From contig CM120649.1 in assembly GCA_051362555.1 (NCBI GenBank), positions 14,384,001 to 14,448,000 of the forward strand: a stretch of DNA of 64,000 bases, given 5' to 3'. The stretch's first letter is position 1, and every line of letters starts with the position of its first letter. A model generated the notes under the pieces. The model was given only the letters and a program-made list of their open reading frames with translations. It searched no databases and had not been told where the DNA came from. The translations under genes and the position numbers were made by a program. Positions 1-13,292 of this stretch are shown here, in pieces. This stretch comes from Lingula anatina (lineage: Eukaryota; Animalia; Brachiopoda).

Positions 1-69
1 GACAATGTCTGCACGTTTTTTTTAGATCCGCTTACAATTTGAATGCAAGGTCGTCTGTGGTTCACAGGT

Positions 70-338
70 CAGTGGAGCATTTGGAGGGGGTGTCAGGGGA
101 GTCCTGAACCCCCTTCGATTTCTGAAAAAATTCACACCAATTAAAATTAGAATTTTGACTAGCTGAATCATAGCTCTAAACCGTACCAAATGGCACCGTT
201 CGCTCTTAAAAATACCATAATATTTCGGAAAACACACGCCAAGGCGGGTGGGGGGGGACATGGTTGGCTTCGCATCCACGGCCTGTCGTACCTTGAAACC
301 GGACCCCGCCCCTTCAAACAATCCTGGATCCGCCGCTG
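70..338. mobile_element. Non-autonomous DNA transposon (MITE), CAG(T/G)GGCGG..CCGCC(C/G)CTG family
   Basis: Termini CAGTGGAGCATT / GGATCCGCCGCTG with a near-perfect 5-bp flank duplication (CAGGT/CATGT). Internal sequence is homologous to 4721-5018. Confidence 0.7.
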
Positions 339-1207
339 CATGTGTAACCTCTGCTCTCTGCCCTCAGTACGCCCCCCCCCCCCCCCTCCACTTAGCAAAC
401 TATCCGACCTGCTGCAAATTCGCAGCTACATGTATTTTGTTGCAATATTGCTGCAAACTGCGATTCCTTCATGTAAATTCGCATCAAATTTGATGCAATA
501 TGGCTGCAAAGCAGCAGCAATACTATTTTTCTTGCAAACTTCTGGAAACTCGTTGCCATAGACGTTTAGTGTGCAGTAATAGTTCATTAATTGTACCTTT
601 TCATTTTACTACGGATCGGCAAAGTTTTCAGTTAACCAGGGTGCGCAGTTGGCAAAATACGAAAATTGGATGGACGAGATAATTATAATTGGTTATAGGG
701 ACACTTTATGGATGGTAAAACGGCAGGAGCTGCTGAATACAAGCACTAACACAGGTACGGCAGGTTTTGTACCAGCAAAAATTATATACGTTCCTTGCAT
801 TGTTAGGTGTTCTACTCATTTTTTTCCCAACACTTAGGCCTACTATAAATAAATACCAGACACACGAACGTAAGGAATAATAATTTTAGAAGTCGTGAAT
901 CAAAGTGCAATGTGTTGCCTCTGTTCCGTTATAACAATATTGTACTTGCGAGGTTAATTGTACCGGTATATACCTGGTACGTGACAAAATTGGTTCATCT
1001 TTTCCTATGACGTAACGCCACATTCCCTCTTCCTTGAATAGTAATATTTACGCAATAGACGTCACTGCTATGAAAGCTGAGAGCAATGCGATGTGACTCA
1101 TAAGAGGTTGATCGATTTCCGTATCGTGTTATTTAAAGGTCTCGCATTTTCCAGTCAGTTTAGTAGAGTGGATTTATCAGTAGTTACCAGGAACAAACAC
1201 TCTTAAC

Positions 1208-1442
1208 ATGGGTTTATTTACTTTTATTTTAGTTTTCCTATGCTACGTTGTAATAACTGCCAGAAGGGTAGAAAGTAAGTGTTCGAACTTGTTAGTCTTA
1301 TTACTGTACTTTCATAATCAGGCATTAACTTTACTTTTCCGGAATTAAAATGATTTTTTAAACTTTTTTGCAATACCTTCATTTAATTCTATGAAAAATA
1401 GTGATGTATAAATGTACAATTCGTAGTTCATTTACCAAAAAG

Positions 1443-1490
<48 letters not shown>

Positions 1491-1885
1491 CTGTTTCTTA
1501 TTCTCTATATTTTAGAAGCCACATACTGTGAATTCGGATTCTAAATGTTTACAGTAGCAAAATTGATTATCTTTAATATTATATATCTATACATCATCTT
1601 ACTTATTTTATTACTGACTCTTAAAAAAGAGGAATGAGTGCCCCTGTTTCCATTGTAGGTCGTGGAATAGGCGGGATGCGGTTATTTGGCTCCATTCGCG
1701 CTGATGCAAACGCTCAAGCTGGCATAGTATTAGGCATCATTTTTGGGCTCGTCTTCCTCGTTGCCATGGGGTTCTGCATCTATGCCATATGCAAGGATCA
1801 CTGCAGCTGCTGTAATGATAAAGACAATGGAGAGAGGACTAAAAGGAAGAAGAGAAATCGGGTTAAATTCACAGACGGAAAATGA
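1208..1885 (+). CDS. Small single-pass membrane protein, paralog A (97 aa); exons 1208-1274 and 1659-1885
   Basis: The 67-nt exon 1 encodes a signal peptide (MGLFTFILVFLCYVVITARRVE) and ends in a phase-1 GTAAGT donor. Acceptor TTTCCATTGTAG at 1658 joins in frame to RGIGGMRLFG..., a TM helix (GIVLGIIFGLVFLVAMGFCIYAI), a Cys cluster (CKDHCSCC) and a basic tail. Confidence 0.8.
1444..1488. repeat. (TTA)n microsatellite in the paralog A intron
   Basis: Directly visible trinucleotide run. Confidence 0.95.
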
Positions 1886-2886
1886 AACGAATATAACCAT
1901 ATCACAGGCGTAGTGAGAGGCGTAGTGAGAGGTGCAGTAATACTACTTCTCAGGGAGATTTAACTAGGCACACGACCTTTTCCACATATTTTTATCATAA
2001 GGTTTATCAAGAATAGAATAGGTCTGCGTGCTGTGCATACCAGTTGTCACATCCAACGCATTCAGGGAATTTGTCTCAACTACTGCATTTTGCCACAGTT
2101 GGCGATATGGCGTATATGCATTGCATTCTTCACACTGGGTATTAGAAATTACATCATCATCACCATCATCGTCGATTGGTAGTTCTGATGTGACATTCAA
2201 AAGACACATGTTGTAACGATGCCCGGCATTGTACATGTATGTATTTATTTTTAAAATGACTTCCTGAAAGACCACGAGAGTCACCGTGTTTACTAAATGT
2301 ACCACAGTTTCAAGATTTGATATGTTGCATTACTTGTTGTATGTTTTCCATACTTTTCATACTTTTTTCTATACCTTTTCTCCATATTGTACATTTATAC
2401 ATAAAGCGAAACCAAATGAAAACATTAAATTTAAATGATGCGTTCAGAAAGAATTTACTGAAACTGAAACAGTCTTTTTGGCTTCGAATTTCTAAGAGAA
2501 AGCGGTAATCTTAAGACTACCTCTCACGCCTCAGTAATTGGAATTTTAATTAATTGGAATTTTAATTTTAAAAACCGTTCGGTCAATTAACATGGAGTCT
2601 TCAAATATCTGCCGTCTCAAAAATATCCCTAATTTCTATAAAATAATGTTACAAGACCCTCATTTCGAACCTATTTTTCAGTGTGAACTTTCTATCTTCC
2701 ACTTTGACATTATAAAGGAGTTTAAAATCCGAGTTACTATTGAGTGTAAAATCCGCTTTAGAAAACCAGTTCACTGGGGTCGCCTTGTATAACCATAAAC
2801 ATACATATGATTGTTAGTCGTGTAAAAACTATGTACTTTTTATCACTGAAAACAAAATTATTAAACCAACAAATGTGCGCGTACTC

Positions 2887-2920
<34 letters not shown>

Positions 2921-2945
2921 GCACACACATAGAGCACATTCATAT

Positions 2946-3114
2946 CAGCGGACTAACATATCCGAGGATCAAATATTGCTACCCATTAAAAAGCTTGCCG
3001 CTTAATTCCCGATTTGACACTATCACTATAGATTCCCGGCGGGTATTATGCAACAAGCATTCAAGTGGATCGGCCATATTTGATCCGCGGACATGTTAGT
3101 CCTCTGTTCTGAAT
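2946..3114. mobile_element. Short palindromic MITE (GGACTAACA..ATCCGCGGATCAAATATGGC family); further copies at 20668-20836, 32500-33559 and a partial copy at 10842-10860
   Basis: Inverted termini CAGCGGACTAACATATCCGAGGATCAAATAT / ATATTTGATCCGCGGACATGTTAGTCCTCTG. The copy at 32.5 kb lies outside the duplication, so the family is dispersed. Confidence 0.7.
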
Positions 3115-3987
3115 GCTGCCACAGAGCGTGCCTACGCACACAACATTTAGCGTACCTGAGGCGTCCATGCACTTGAAATTAATCAACTGAGATATGCATA
3201 GAACCTATTAATTTCCCAAACACCTTTTGTTTCTTCTAATCCTACCAGTTACGTCAAACATTTCTTATCAGTATACCCGGCCCCTCACCATACTCTCATG
3301 TTTACTGCAAACAAGGATATCACATTCAAGGGTGCACACACGACACCAACCGATCCCAAATTTGAAACAGAACAAGTAATTCGCCCTGCCCTTCTTCCGG
3401 GTTGACGAATCTCCCTTCCATTTATTATATTCAGGAGTGCACGTCTCGTATAAGCAGCCATCAGCCAAATTTTTCGTCAGAAACCCCAATTATTTGACCT
3501 CTAAATATCCTGGATCCGTTCTCGGCAATTTTGATTCTTCGTTCTCAATTTTCATATACTTTTGCCCACTGCTCTAATCATCAAGCACTTAAGACACTTT
3601 ATTTATTAGTTATTAATCTGTTTTTCATTTTATTTCATTTTTAATTGTAATTTTTATGACTGAAAAAATGATAAACAATTAATGACCTATGTATTTCACT
3701 AAGTAGATAATCCCCGCCTTTTTTAACATAAAAATCATCTCTATCATTTTCTTATTGTATTCATATTCATTTCTACCTGTATCATAAACCTCATTTTATC
3801 TTTGAAATTACAGCTACCTTTAGGGGTGGGTATTTGTCTCACTTCCGGCTCCCTGATATGGTAACCACCTTTTGTAAAGATAGTATAGAAAGTATAGAAC
3901 TAATGACAGTGAATATCTGTGTGAAGGGTTACCTGTAAATACCATAAAAATGCCTTTTTCTTGGAAGGCGATTATGGAGAATTTGTT

Positions 3988-4348
3988 GGGAATTCCCTGA
4001 TAGAAGGTAGGCAGGCAAAGCGGATTTGGGCGAGTCCATTCAACAGGGGGTACAGACTACTTATTAAAATTGTTTCTAATATTCGACGTGTGTTGCTTTA
4101 AACTTTCAACAAAAGTAGTGTAAGCTATGGGTTTCTATGAACTGTAACAAGCGATTTGTAAACGAAAACGTTCATTTTGGACGTAAGTAATAAAATTTAT
4201 TTCAAATATTTCCATACCTGAATCCCTTCGAGTAAAGTCGAGGGTGAATCTCCTATCGAGATGACTCACATTGTGTGTACTGCGGTTGCGACACATAAAA
4301 GTTGACCTTTATGACGTCACCGTTAACCTCTGTCTGGTATTTATAAAA
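3988..4348 (+). promoter_or_regulatory. Candidate inducible promoter of gene B: NF-kB site, AP-1, CRE and TATA box
   Basis: GGGAATTCCC at 3988-3997, TGACTCA at 4262-4268, TGACGTCA at 4312-4319 and TATAAAA at 4342-4348, upstream of ATG 4431. Confidence 0.65.
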
Positions 4349-4430
4349 GTGATATCGCATGGGTCTTTGTATTTCAAATTGCGATATAGTTCCCTAAAGA
4401 CAATCTTAAGCAGATTGACAACAGAACAAA

Positions 4431-7015
4431 ATGGACAAGACAATTGTATTTCTGTGTGTCATCGGGGTAATTTTGCTGACCATAGGTGAAAGTGAAGGTA
4501 CGTCAATTTTTTTTTTTTTTTTGACAAACGTACAGTAACAGCATACATTAAGTTTTAATCAAACATTTATTTCGGAGGTGTATCAAGTTTGTTTCATGTT
4601 CGTTTTTTTTCCAAGGCTATTTTTTGTGGTTTTCATTTTGAAAGTAATTTCTGCAGAAATAAATTTAAGATGAAAATAATGAGCTTTTAGGTTATTTTTT
4701 ACGTTCTTGTCGACACATGGCAGTGGCGGATTTAGAGGAGGGTCAGGGGGGTCCGAACACCCCCCCCCCCCCCCCCTCCGGTTTCTGAAAAATGTATCAC
4801 ACCAATATTCCCCTCTTGAAATTAGAATTTTAACTAGCTAAATCCTATTTCTTAACCATAGCATAGGGCACTGTTTGCTCTCCATAACATGAAAAAATTT
4901 TCGGGGCCCTTGAGCAGGCCCCGAACCCCAAGCCAAGGGGGATATGGTCGGCTTCGAGTCCGAGGCCTTTCGTTCTGGACCTCCCCCCTCCTTTCAAATA
5001 ATCCTGGATCCGCCCCTGCATGGTCAGTCCGAAGATAGTTCTGCATGCTTGACCTGTATTCAAAGGCATTAATGATTGTTATAAAAAAGATAAAAGAGAC
5101 AATGTGTAACTTAAATACATATAAACTATTGAATCCATTACTGACTGGTTACTGACAACTTTTTATATTACCTCAAACTGGCGATGAATATTGACCAGAA
5201 AACCAGTGATCAGAGAGTTTTAAAAATATAAAAGTCGCAGAGGCGGCTAATGAGGTGTTAACGTCCTTGACAGACGATTGATGACAGATGCCGGAACTTT
5301 ATCAGAGACTCTTGTCGCTGCCCTTGTACTTGGAGGCCTTAGCCGGAACTTAATTAGAGACTCTTGTCGCTGTCCTTGGACTTAGGACCTTAGCCGGAAC
5401 TTTAAAACTTATCTGGTCAGCGGTTACCCAATATTGACAAAGAATGCGGCACCCCAGTTTGTTGTAATTGATACCCGTCCTGTCTTCAGCGTCTGCATCC
5501 AGGGGCGAGTAGAATTTACTACGACCCAATTTATCTGTATTTCTTTCAATTTTTTCTTTTTACCATTTTCTTTCAAGGCGACTGTCTAAGCGATTTTTGT
5601 AAGTTCGCAACTCTATCTCACACACGCGCGCGTGTGCACGAGAGCGAGCTCACGCACGTTCTTTTGAATCATTAATTTGATTTAAAGTTTACTTTGAAGT
5701 GGGAACAATTATATATATTTCTAGGAGTGGACGAATGTCACTCATCATATCTGAAGTTTCTTTGCATTTTAGTCAAGTTCGTAAAGTATATAGGTTACAT
5801 GCATTACAGTGCTCTCGCACTCGAAAGATATCAAAGTTGAAATAAACCCAACGCATTAATTTAGTCCCATGATAAATTTCGATAACACAGATAAATATAT
5901 CCTCCAACTGTATTTGAATATGATTTAAAATGATGTGGCAATGAAAACAAGCTAAGTTAGCGTCGACTCAGTATTGTTAAGGGTGCTGGGCATTGTCAGT
6001 GATGTGGTGTCTACATTGTTCAATATGTCCAACATGTTGAAGAGGGTCCAAAGTGATGACCAGCCTGATTAACGTCCATGTCTGCCCGGCCCTTTCCCCT
6101 ATATTATACAACGCGTCCTTCATCGATTAATAAAAACTTTCAGATTAGGAATAAGAGCTTTCTGTTTTTTTCTTTATTTCGTCTGTTCTTTTGACAGACG
6201 GTAAACTGTGTTGTATGCTTGAATGCTCTCCTCTATTCCTTTTGTAGTCTTTGAAATGATTATGTCATGACCTCGACAATCCTTACTGTATGTAATGTTC
6301 GGACTCAAGAAGATTTAAGAATACTGTTCTATATCATTTTATATTAACTCGTTTATTTTTTTCTACAGGGCGAAGATTCAGAGTACGAATTAGAACCTAC
6401 CGCGGAGGGAGTTACTCTGGTGGCTCTTCTTCTTCAGACGACACTGATCTAGCTTTAATTCTCGGCCTCAGCATTGGCATTCCAGTTGGAATCATCTTCC
6501 TCGTCGTGGCTACCATTTGCTGCATTGCCTGCTGTAGCGTCTGTTTCGAGAGTTGCTGTGGTAAGAAGAAACCCGAAGAGGACAAAGCGGTGGAAGATAA
6601 CAATGCCATGTTTGCCGCATTCGAAACAGAAGCGAACGGCGGACCTGGTATACACGAACCTGGGGTCCATCTAACCGGATCCGACACCGCATACTTTTCA
6701 AACAACAGCCAACAATATGACCAACCGCCGGCCTATGGGGATGCCAATTTTTACCCATCTCAGCCCTTGAACACCAAATTCCCATCTGCGCCTGAGTACA
6801 CGCCAAACGGCAATGCATCAGCCTGGAACAACAGTGGTGGCAGCGGTGGGATTAGTTCTATAAGTGGTGGCGGTGGGATGGACTACACTCCCAGCAGTGG
6901 ATATACTGGACATGATTATAGTTCCCCTAGCAGCGGCGGTGGTGACGGAGGTTGTACCAGTAGCTCAAGTAATGACACTGGGGGCGGTGGATGTTCTTCC
7001 TCTAATGACTTTTAG
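4431..7015 (+). CDS. Single-pass membrane protein, copy B (237 aa): Arg-rich mini-ectodomain, TM, Cys cluster, PPxY tail; exons 4431-4497 and 6369-7015
   Basis: The 67-nt signal-peptide exon (MDKTIVFLCVIGVILLTIGESE) ends G|GTACGT. Acceptor TTTTTTTCTACAG at 6368 gives in-frame GRRFRVRIRTYRGGSYSGG, TM LALILGLSIGIPVGIIFLVVATI, CCIACCSVCFESCC, a PPAY motif and a Gly/Ser-rich tail, with stop at 7015. Confidence 0.88.
4721..5018. mobile_element. MITE with a 5-bp TSD (hAT5-like) in the gene B intron
   Basis: TIRs CAGTGGCGGAT / ATCCGCCCCTG with perfect CATGG duplication at 4716-4720 and 5019-5023. Absent from the homologous sites in units 2 and 3 (about 12500 and 21835). Confidence 0.85.
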
Positions 7016-7768
7016 ATTTTTACTGTGATATCTATTTATTCCTGTATTTGTAGTCGAAAGCTTAGGCTTTGAAATATATCTCCGTGTTTTTTTTTAATTT
7101 TAATTTGCTCAATGTCCAGTTCGCTCAAAGATAATCATCAAAATGTTATGCAATTTAGTTCATCACTATGTTAACTCACTGTTGTCTTTATAATAGTTGC
7201 TTAGAAAAGGTTCCTATTCATGGAGGAGACAATTGAAAGGCTTGTATCAAAGGATAGCGTGTATGTGAAATTAATTTCAAGGGATTTAAAAATACTCGTG
7301 ACAACTGTCCTTTCAATCCATTTGTTTCTAGAAAACTTTTACATAGGCCTACGGCATAACTTATTGCTATCTACCGTGAGTGTATTTTGTATTTATTAAA
7401 AGTCCTCATTACACTCAAGAAAATTTAGATCTGAAAAAAAAAGGCTAAAACCGGTGTTTGCTCGAGTCATACATGTATGTTATAAAACAGTTGACTTGAC
7501 ATGTCTTACTAGATATTTCAAATGTTACTCCAAGCATCTGGTAATTTTATTGGCCAAACAATAAGACTTTTTTACCATTGTTCGTAATGAAATTCCTAAT
7601 CTAGGAAGTTTTTTTTTAATTTTTGACTCGTCATAATGCGTTCTGATTATTTTAAACGTGATGCTAGGACCTCTGTGAGCGTCAATTGTCACGTATGACG
7701 TATAGGTCTTTGATCCTGGTGCCATTGTTGAACTTATTTTCGTTTTTTTATGCTGTTTTATACATGTA

Positions 7769-9420
7769 CAGACTTGACATTTAATATGGAATATTTTAGT
7801 TTCGAAGGTATACCTAGATAAAAATACGTTCTTTTTTCAAAAAACTCCGATCTCATATAAGATTTGTGAATGTAAAAGTGTGCAGTCAGGTGTGTTACTA
7901 CCAATTAACTGACTTTCATGCCTGTTGCGCTGCTACAGTATGTAATTTGCAGTGATTTAATTGGGTAGTGTTCCTTTGGGCTGATCAAAGCTTGGCTTAG
8001 GCAAAGCTTGGTTCTGTCAAAAAAGTATCCATATTTCGGCAACTACTGCATAGAAGAATTTGAAATTCTGCATGCAAGCGGTCAGTTTTGCAGTGCGTAA
8101 GATGAGTCAAGTAGTGCATTACAAATTTGTTAATCTAAGGCAGAATGGCGCGAAAAAGACAGACATAACCAGACAGATCATAGCGCCAAACGGAACGGTC
8201 CCCACAGTTTTATAGAGTAATGCCCAGACTGATGTACCTACACAGAGGTCACCCCCAATGTATCAAAATTTTACCTACAGGGTACAGGACCCACTGTCTT
8301 TCGGGATACGCTGGTGCAACTAAACAAAAACACTTAGTCCGTTCAGAACGAGGGGTAAATTGCCACTAAAATGCGTTTTTCAAAGTCCTTAGCGAACACC
8401 AAACTGGTTTTAGCAGGTAAGAACACCAAATGACCTCCGAGGTACCCACTGTATACAGCAAAACATCGTCGTCTGTTTCTCTAATGAATTGGGGGCCATG
8501 AACGATTCTGGGTAGAACACTGAAACTGCGTGGCTTTCTTTATTGAGGTCAGATATCACCTGTACCGCCCAATTAGTCAAAACAGAGTTTACAGATATCC
8601 AGAGGAGGCCTACGACGAAGCATATGCCAGGTCTTAAGTGACAAGGGTGATTGACAGCGTCAGTATTTGGAGTAGATTCCATATTGGTGCCAAAACACCA
8701 ACGGTAGTCATTGACGAAAACCTGAACCAGATTAAATAAAGGAATAATCTCGAAACCACTTGACTATCATTTGATAGGGGGCAACAATTCTAGGTTGCAC
8801 GATGAGGTTGCAGGTTCACGCAGAGCACTTTTAATAGCAGATAACTTACAGAACCAAGGGAATGAGCAGCTACCCTGGTCATCAAAATCGCCACATTTGA
8901 ACCACATAGACAATATTTCGGTAGACCATTACTCACCAATCAACTGCCTACATGTCCTACAACAAAACTGGACCAGATTGGACAATTTTAGACCGATGCC
9001 TGGAATGCTAATCCAGATTGAACTCTAAAAACCTACCCCCAAGAAATGCCTTGCCCTTGAGAGCCCTGGCAACAGCCACGAAGAGGCCAGGCGTAACAAC
9101 GACCATTACTGTGACTAGCAACTGACATGAGGGTCTTTTGTGGAGCGTATTACCCTTTTACAGACGGTAATTTGGAAAATATGGAGATCCAAAATCTCTC
9201 TTTTAATGGGAGTCGTATGACATAGAATAGGCAATGTCTTTTTGTTTGCTTCTCTGGCGAATTCCATTAATGAACTGATGTCACAATGACATCAAAGAGA
9301 TAATTTAAAGTTATTAAAACACGATTTTAATCCTTATTTTCATTTATCAGTCAGCAAAATAGGAAAAATCTGATAAAAAATTATTTCGAAAAAAATATTC
9401 CATATTAAATGTCAAGTCTG
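7769..9420 (+). mobile_element. Decayed Tc1/mariner DNA transposon (1.65 kb)
   Basis: TIR CAGACTTGACATTTAATATGGAATATTTT at both ends, TA target duplication, and an empty site in unit 3 (TACATGTA|TTTTGC, about 26700). The remnant LPWSSKSPHLNHIDNI (ORF 8771-9028) matches the Tc1 WPxxSPDLNPIEN motif. Confidence 0.9.
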
Positions 9421-12221
9421 TATTTTGCATAAATACTGCTGACCTTTGGTTTTTTGTGAATAGCCTTTGGTTATATTGTACATACATATCTTTAATTTCG
9501 TCTTGGAGATCCAGAAAAGATTAATGATGACAAGTAAAGGAAATGGGAGATAAAATCTATGTAAATTTGTATGAAATATACATTGTATATTACATACAAT
9601 GTATATTACATACATATTTACATAATATACATTGTATGATAAGCATTATTGAATGTTTGGGGTGGTATTATATGATGAATGAATTATATGATAAATAAAC
9701 TTGTCTATTTTTACAAAAAAAAATGCTTTTATGTTTATTTCATTTTAATAAAAATTAAAACACTCATTTGGGATTACCCTTAACCATTCAGTAGGAAGGG
9801 TGACCTGTATTTCCCTGTACAATATAGATACGACAATGATGATAAACCAATAGATGAATAACTTCAGGACAATGATGAGGTCAGGATCAAACAAAAATTG
9901 ACGAGGAAGTTGCTAATTTGCCAAAAATTCAGAAGGAGAAAGAGGGATCAAATTTACGACTAATAGACATGATTGGCTATTAAACGTGTGTACATGTAAT
10001 AATCATATTCTTAGCCCGACTGCATCGCATCTGTGACACTCATTGTGCTACGTCTCAACTGTAGCACTGCATTAAACACCACATTCTATTTTCACCAAAG
10101 CTGGGGCTTATTTCGAGGTTGACCGCACAGTGTGACGTCATGCCAGACGTCATGCGACAAGAAAACGTGCGAGAATCAGCGTGAGGAGCTTTTGACATTT
10201 TAGCGGTTAGGATGAAACTCAGTGCGCTGGAAATGTCGTCTCAAGAAACAATACAATAGATACATGCGTCGATTTTCCGTGAAATGTAGTTTTCGTTGAT
10301 GGAGGCAGTGCGTTTCGCTCGCTCGTCCAGTGCCTCATTAATATCATTCGTCTATCTACTTATTTCTCAGTAAAATATTTCATCAGCTATATCATGTCAC
10401 CATTAAAATAGGCTCTACCAACATCTTAAAAGTTAAAACGAGTTATTACCTAACCTAGACACTGAAATACTAGAATGGCAATAACTTCAGTTTTAGCTGT
10501 TGATGGAAAAACCTATTATTATAAATATTATATTTTCCATTTATCTAGCACCTGTTTCTAGTGGGTCTGCCTGCGAGGAGCAAGCGCTTTTTATCCGTAA
10601 GTTGTAATCAGTGCGTGATAATCAGCCGGCGGCTTTCGTCTCCTCGGGCAGGTTAACAGGTGGCGCTGGTAAAGCGCGGTGACCGTAAACCAGGTAAGAA
10701 GTACATCAGCCGTATCGTTACCACACAATCATGCAGTTACGATGAAAGTTTATTTATCACAACCTCACTGGCAGTTAGTAATTATTTCTATGCCAAAGAT
10801 TGATCATTTTTCTTTGGAAATAGCTCCTAAATTTAGCTGCTTTAGTCCTCTGTTCTGAATACTGCCACAGGCACGCCTACGCACACAACATTTAGCGTAC
10901 CTGAGGCGTCCATGCACTCGAAATTAATCAAATGAGATATGCATAGAACCTATAAATTTGTCAAGCACCATTTGTCTTCTCTTATCTTACAAGTTAAGTC
11001 AAACATATCTTAATAAGTTATCAGTATACCCGTCAGCTTGCTCTCGGTGCCATGTTTACTGCAGACACGGATACCACATTCCAGTGACTTGTGACAGTGC
11101 ACACACGATAGCAACCGATCCCATATTTAATAACAAAACAAATCCCTACCCTTCTTCCGGGTTGTCGAATCTCCCATCCATTTATTAAACACTATACTTG
11201 TAAGCAGCCCTCGGCCAATTTTTTTGTCAAAATTCCTAATTATTTGACCTCTAAATATCCTGGATCCGTTCTCGGCAATTTTGATTCTTCCTTCTCAGTT
11301 TCCTTATACTTTTGCCCACTGCTCTAATTACCGAGCACTTAAGACACTTTTATATTAATATTAGATAAATAACTAATATTTATTTGTTATTAATCTGTTT
11401 TTCATTTTATTTCATTTTAATAATTTTTATGCCTGAAAAAATGATAAACAATTAATGACCTATGTATTTCACTTAGTAGATAATCCCCGCCTTTTTTTAA
11501 CATAAAAACCATCTCTATCATTTTTTATTGTATTCATATACATTTCTGCCTATGTCATAATTTTCATTTTATTTTTGAAATAACAGCTACCTTTTAGTTT
11601 CTCTTTAAATATAATATTTATCGAAAGGAGTGGGTATTTGTCTCACTTACGAGTCCCTGATACGGTAACCACCTTTTGTAAAGATAGTATAGATTTGTAA
11701 AGATAGAAAGTATAGAACTAATGACAGTGAAAGTCTGTGAAGGGTTCCCTGCAAATACCATAAAAATGCCTTTTTCTTAGAAGGCGATTATGGAGAATTT
11801 GTTGGTAATTCCCTGATAGAAGGTTGGTAGGCAAGCAAAGCGGGGTACAGACTACTTATTAAAATTGTTTCTAAAATTCGACGTGTGTTGCTATAAACAA
11901 CAAAAGTAGTGTAAGCTATGAACTGTAACAAGCGATTTGTAAACGAAAACGTTCATTTTGGACGTAAGTAATATAATTTATTTCAAATATTTCCATACCT
12001 GAATCCCTTCGAGTAAAGTCGAACTCAGTAATAATAATAATAATAAATCTTCTCTCGAGATGACTCACACTGCGGTTGCGACACATAAAAGTTGACCTTT
12101 ATGACGTCACCGTTAACCTCTGTCTGGTATTTATAAAAGTGATATCGCATGGGTCTTTGTATTTCAAATTGCGATATAGTTCCCTAAAAGACAATCTTAA
12201 GCAGACTGACAATAGAGCAAA

Positions 12222-12288
12222 ATGGACAAGACAATTGTATTTCTGGGTGTCATGGGGTTAATTTTGCTGACCACAGGTGAAAGTGAAG
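12222..12288 (+). pseudogene. Orphan exon 1 of a truncated copy of gene B/C
   Basis: Encodes MDKTIVFLGVMGLILLTTGESE. The donor is changed to G|GCAGGC and unit 2 has no exon 2. Confidence 0.85.
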
Positions 12289-12747
12289 GCAGGCCTACGT
12301 TAACTTTTTTTGACAAACGTACAGTGACAGCATATATTAAGATTTAATCAAACATTCATTTAGGAGGTCTATCACGTTTGTTTCCTTTTCGTTTTCCCAT
12401 AGGCTATTTTTTCGTGGTTTTCATTTTGATAATAATTTCTGCAGAAATAAATTTAAGATGTAAATAATAAACCTATTTTTTTATGTTCTTGTCAACTCTT
12501 GATCAGTCTGGAGATAGTTCTGTATGCTTGATCTGTATATAAGTCATAACTGATATATAAAAAAAAAAACAGATGAAAGAACAATAAGCAACTTTAAATG
12601 CATATAAATTATTGAATCCATTACTGACTGACTGTGGTTACTGGCGACTTTTTTATATTACCTCCAATCTGCGATGAATAAGGACCACCAGTGATCAGAA
12701 TTAAATATCAATGTCGCAGAGGCTCCTATAGTAGGGTTGCGTAATAG

Positions 12748-13110
12748 TGTTATAGTGAGGAATGACGACAGCAGTTTGGAGCTTTCGAACGTTTATTCAC
12801 CGACTCCTTTTTCACAGAATGTACAAGTATTTATATTCTATTTTCCATTCTCAAATTTCCCATTCTCATATTACAAAACTATATTCAATATTTCCTAATT
12901 TAGTAATTTAAATGAGACTTGTTTATGATTTAAAATATTTAAAATATTTCCCAAATTACTCATCTTGGATCTTGTCCAACTAAAGTATGCATGAGTTCTA
13001 CACGTGTTAAACACGCGCAAATCGATATAAAAATCAACCAATCAGATCCAACTATATCGGACTCCGAAACGTTTCACCCAATTGTCGAAAGTGTCATTTG
13101 CTTTACAACA
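12748..13110 (-). repeat. 3' LTR
   Basis: Direct repeat of 18875-19237 (4 substitutions seen by eye). Preceded on the minus strand by the purine-rich GAAGATGGGGTGTA (13124-13111), a candidate PPT. Confidence 0.95.
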
Positions 13111-13292
13111 TACACCCCATCTTCAAAAGAATTCGTCCTCGAATTCTAAAACCTTTACAACATACGCTCCTTTTTTTCATTTTTTTAAAGCAAAAACTAA
13201 ATAATATCAAATTTGTAAATTAACAAAACTAATAATGCTCTCGTGATGTAGTAAGAGATCCCTTACAAAAATCTATGCTGCATGCATTAATG

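Larger units (their letters stand above)
2345..10844 (+). repeat. Tandem segmental duplication, unit 1 (complete)
   Basis: Colinear, high identity with about 20055-28098 and, in part, with 10842-19725 (promoter, exons, 3' flank). Boundaries are approximate. Confidence 0.9.

Noticed and set aside
22-561. Cluster of overlapping short ORFs
   Set aside because: They lie over a GC-rich MITE and a low-complexity GCAAAT-rich repeat, with no splice or protein-family support.
6412-6818. Minus-strand ORFs over gene B exon 2 (and 25340-25639 over gene C)
   Set aside because: Antisense shadows of GC-rich coding exons.
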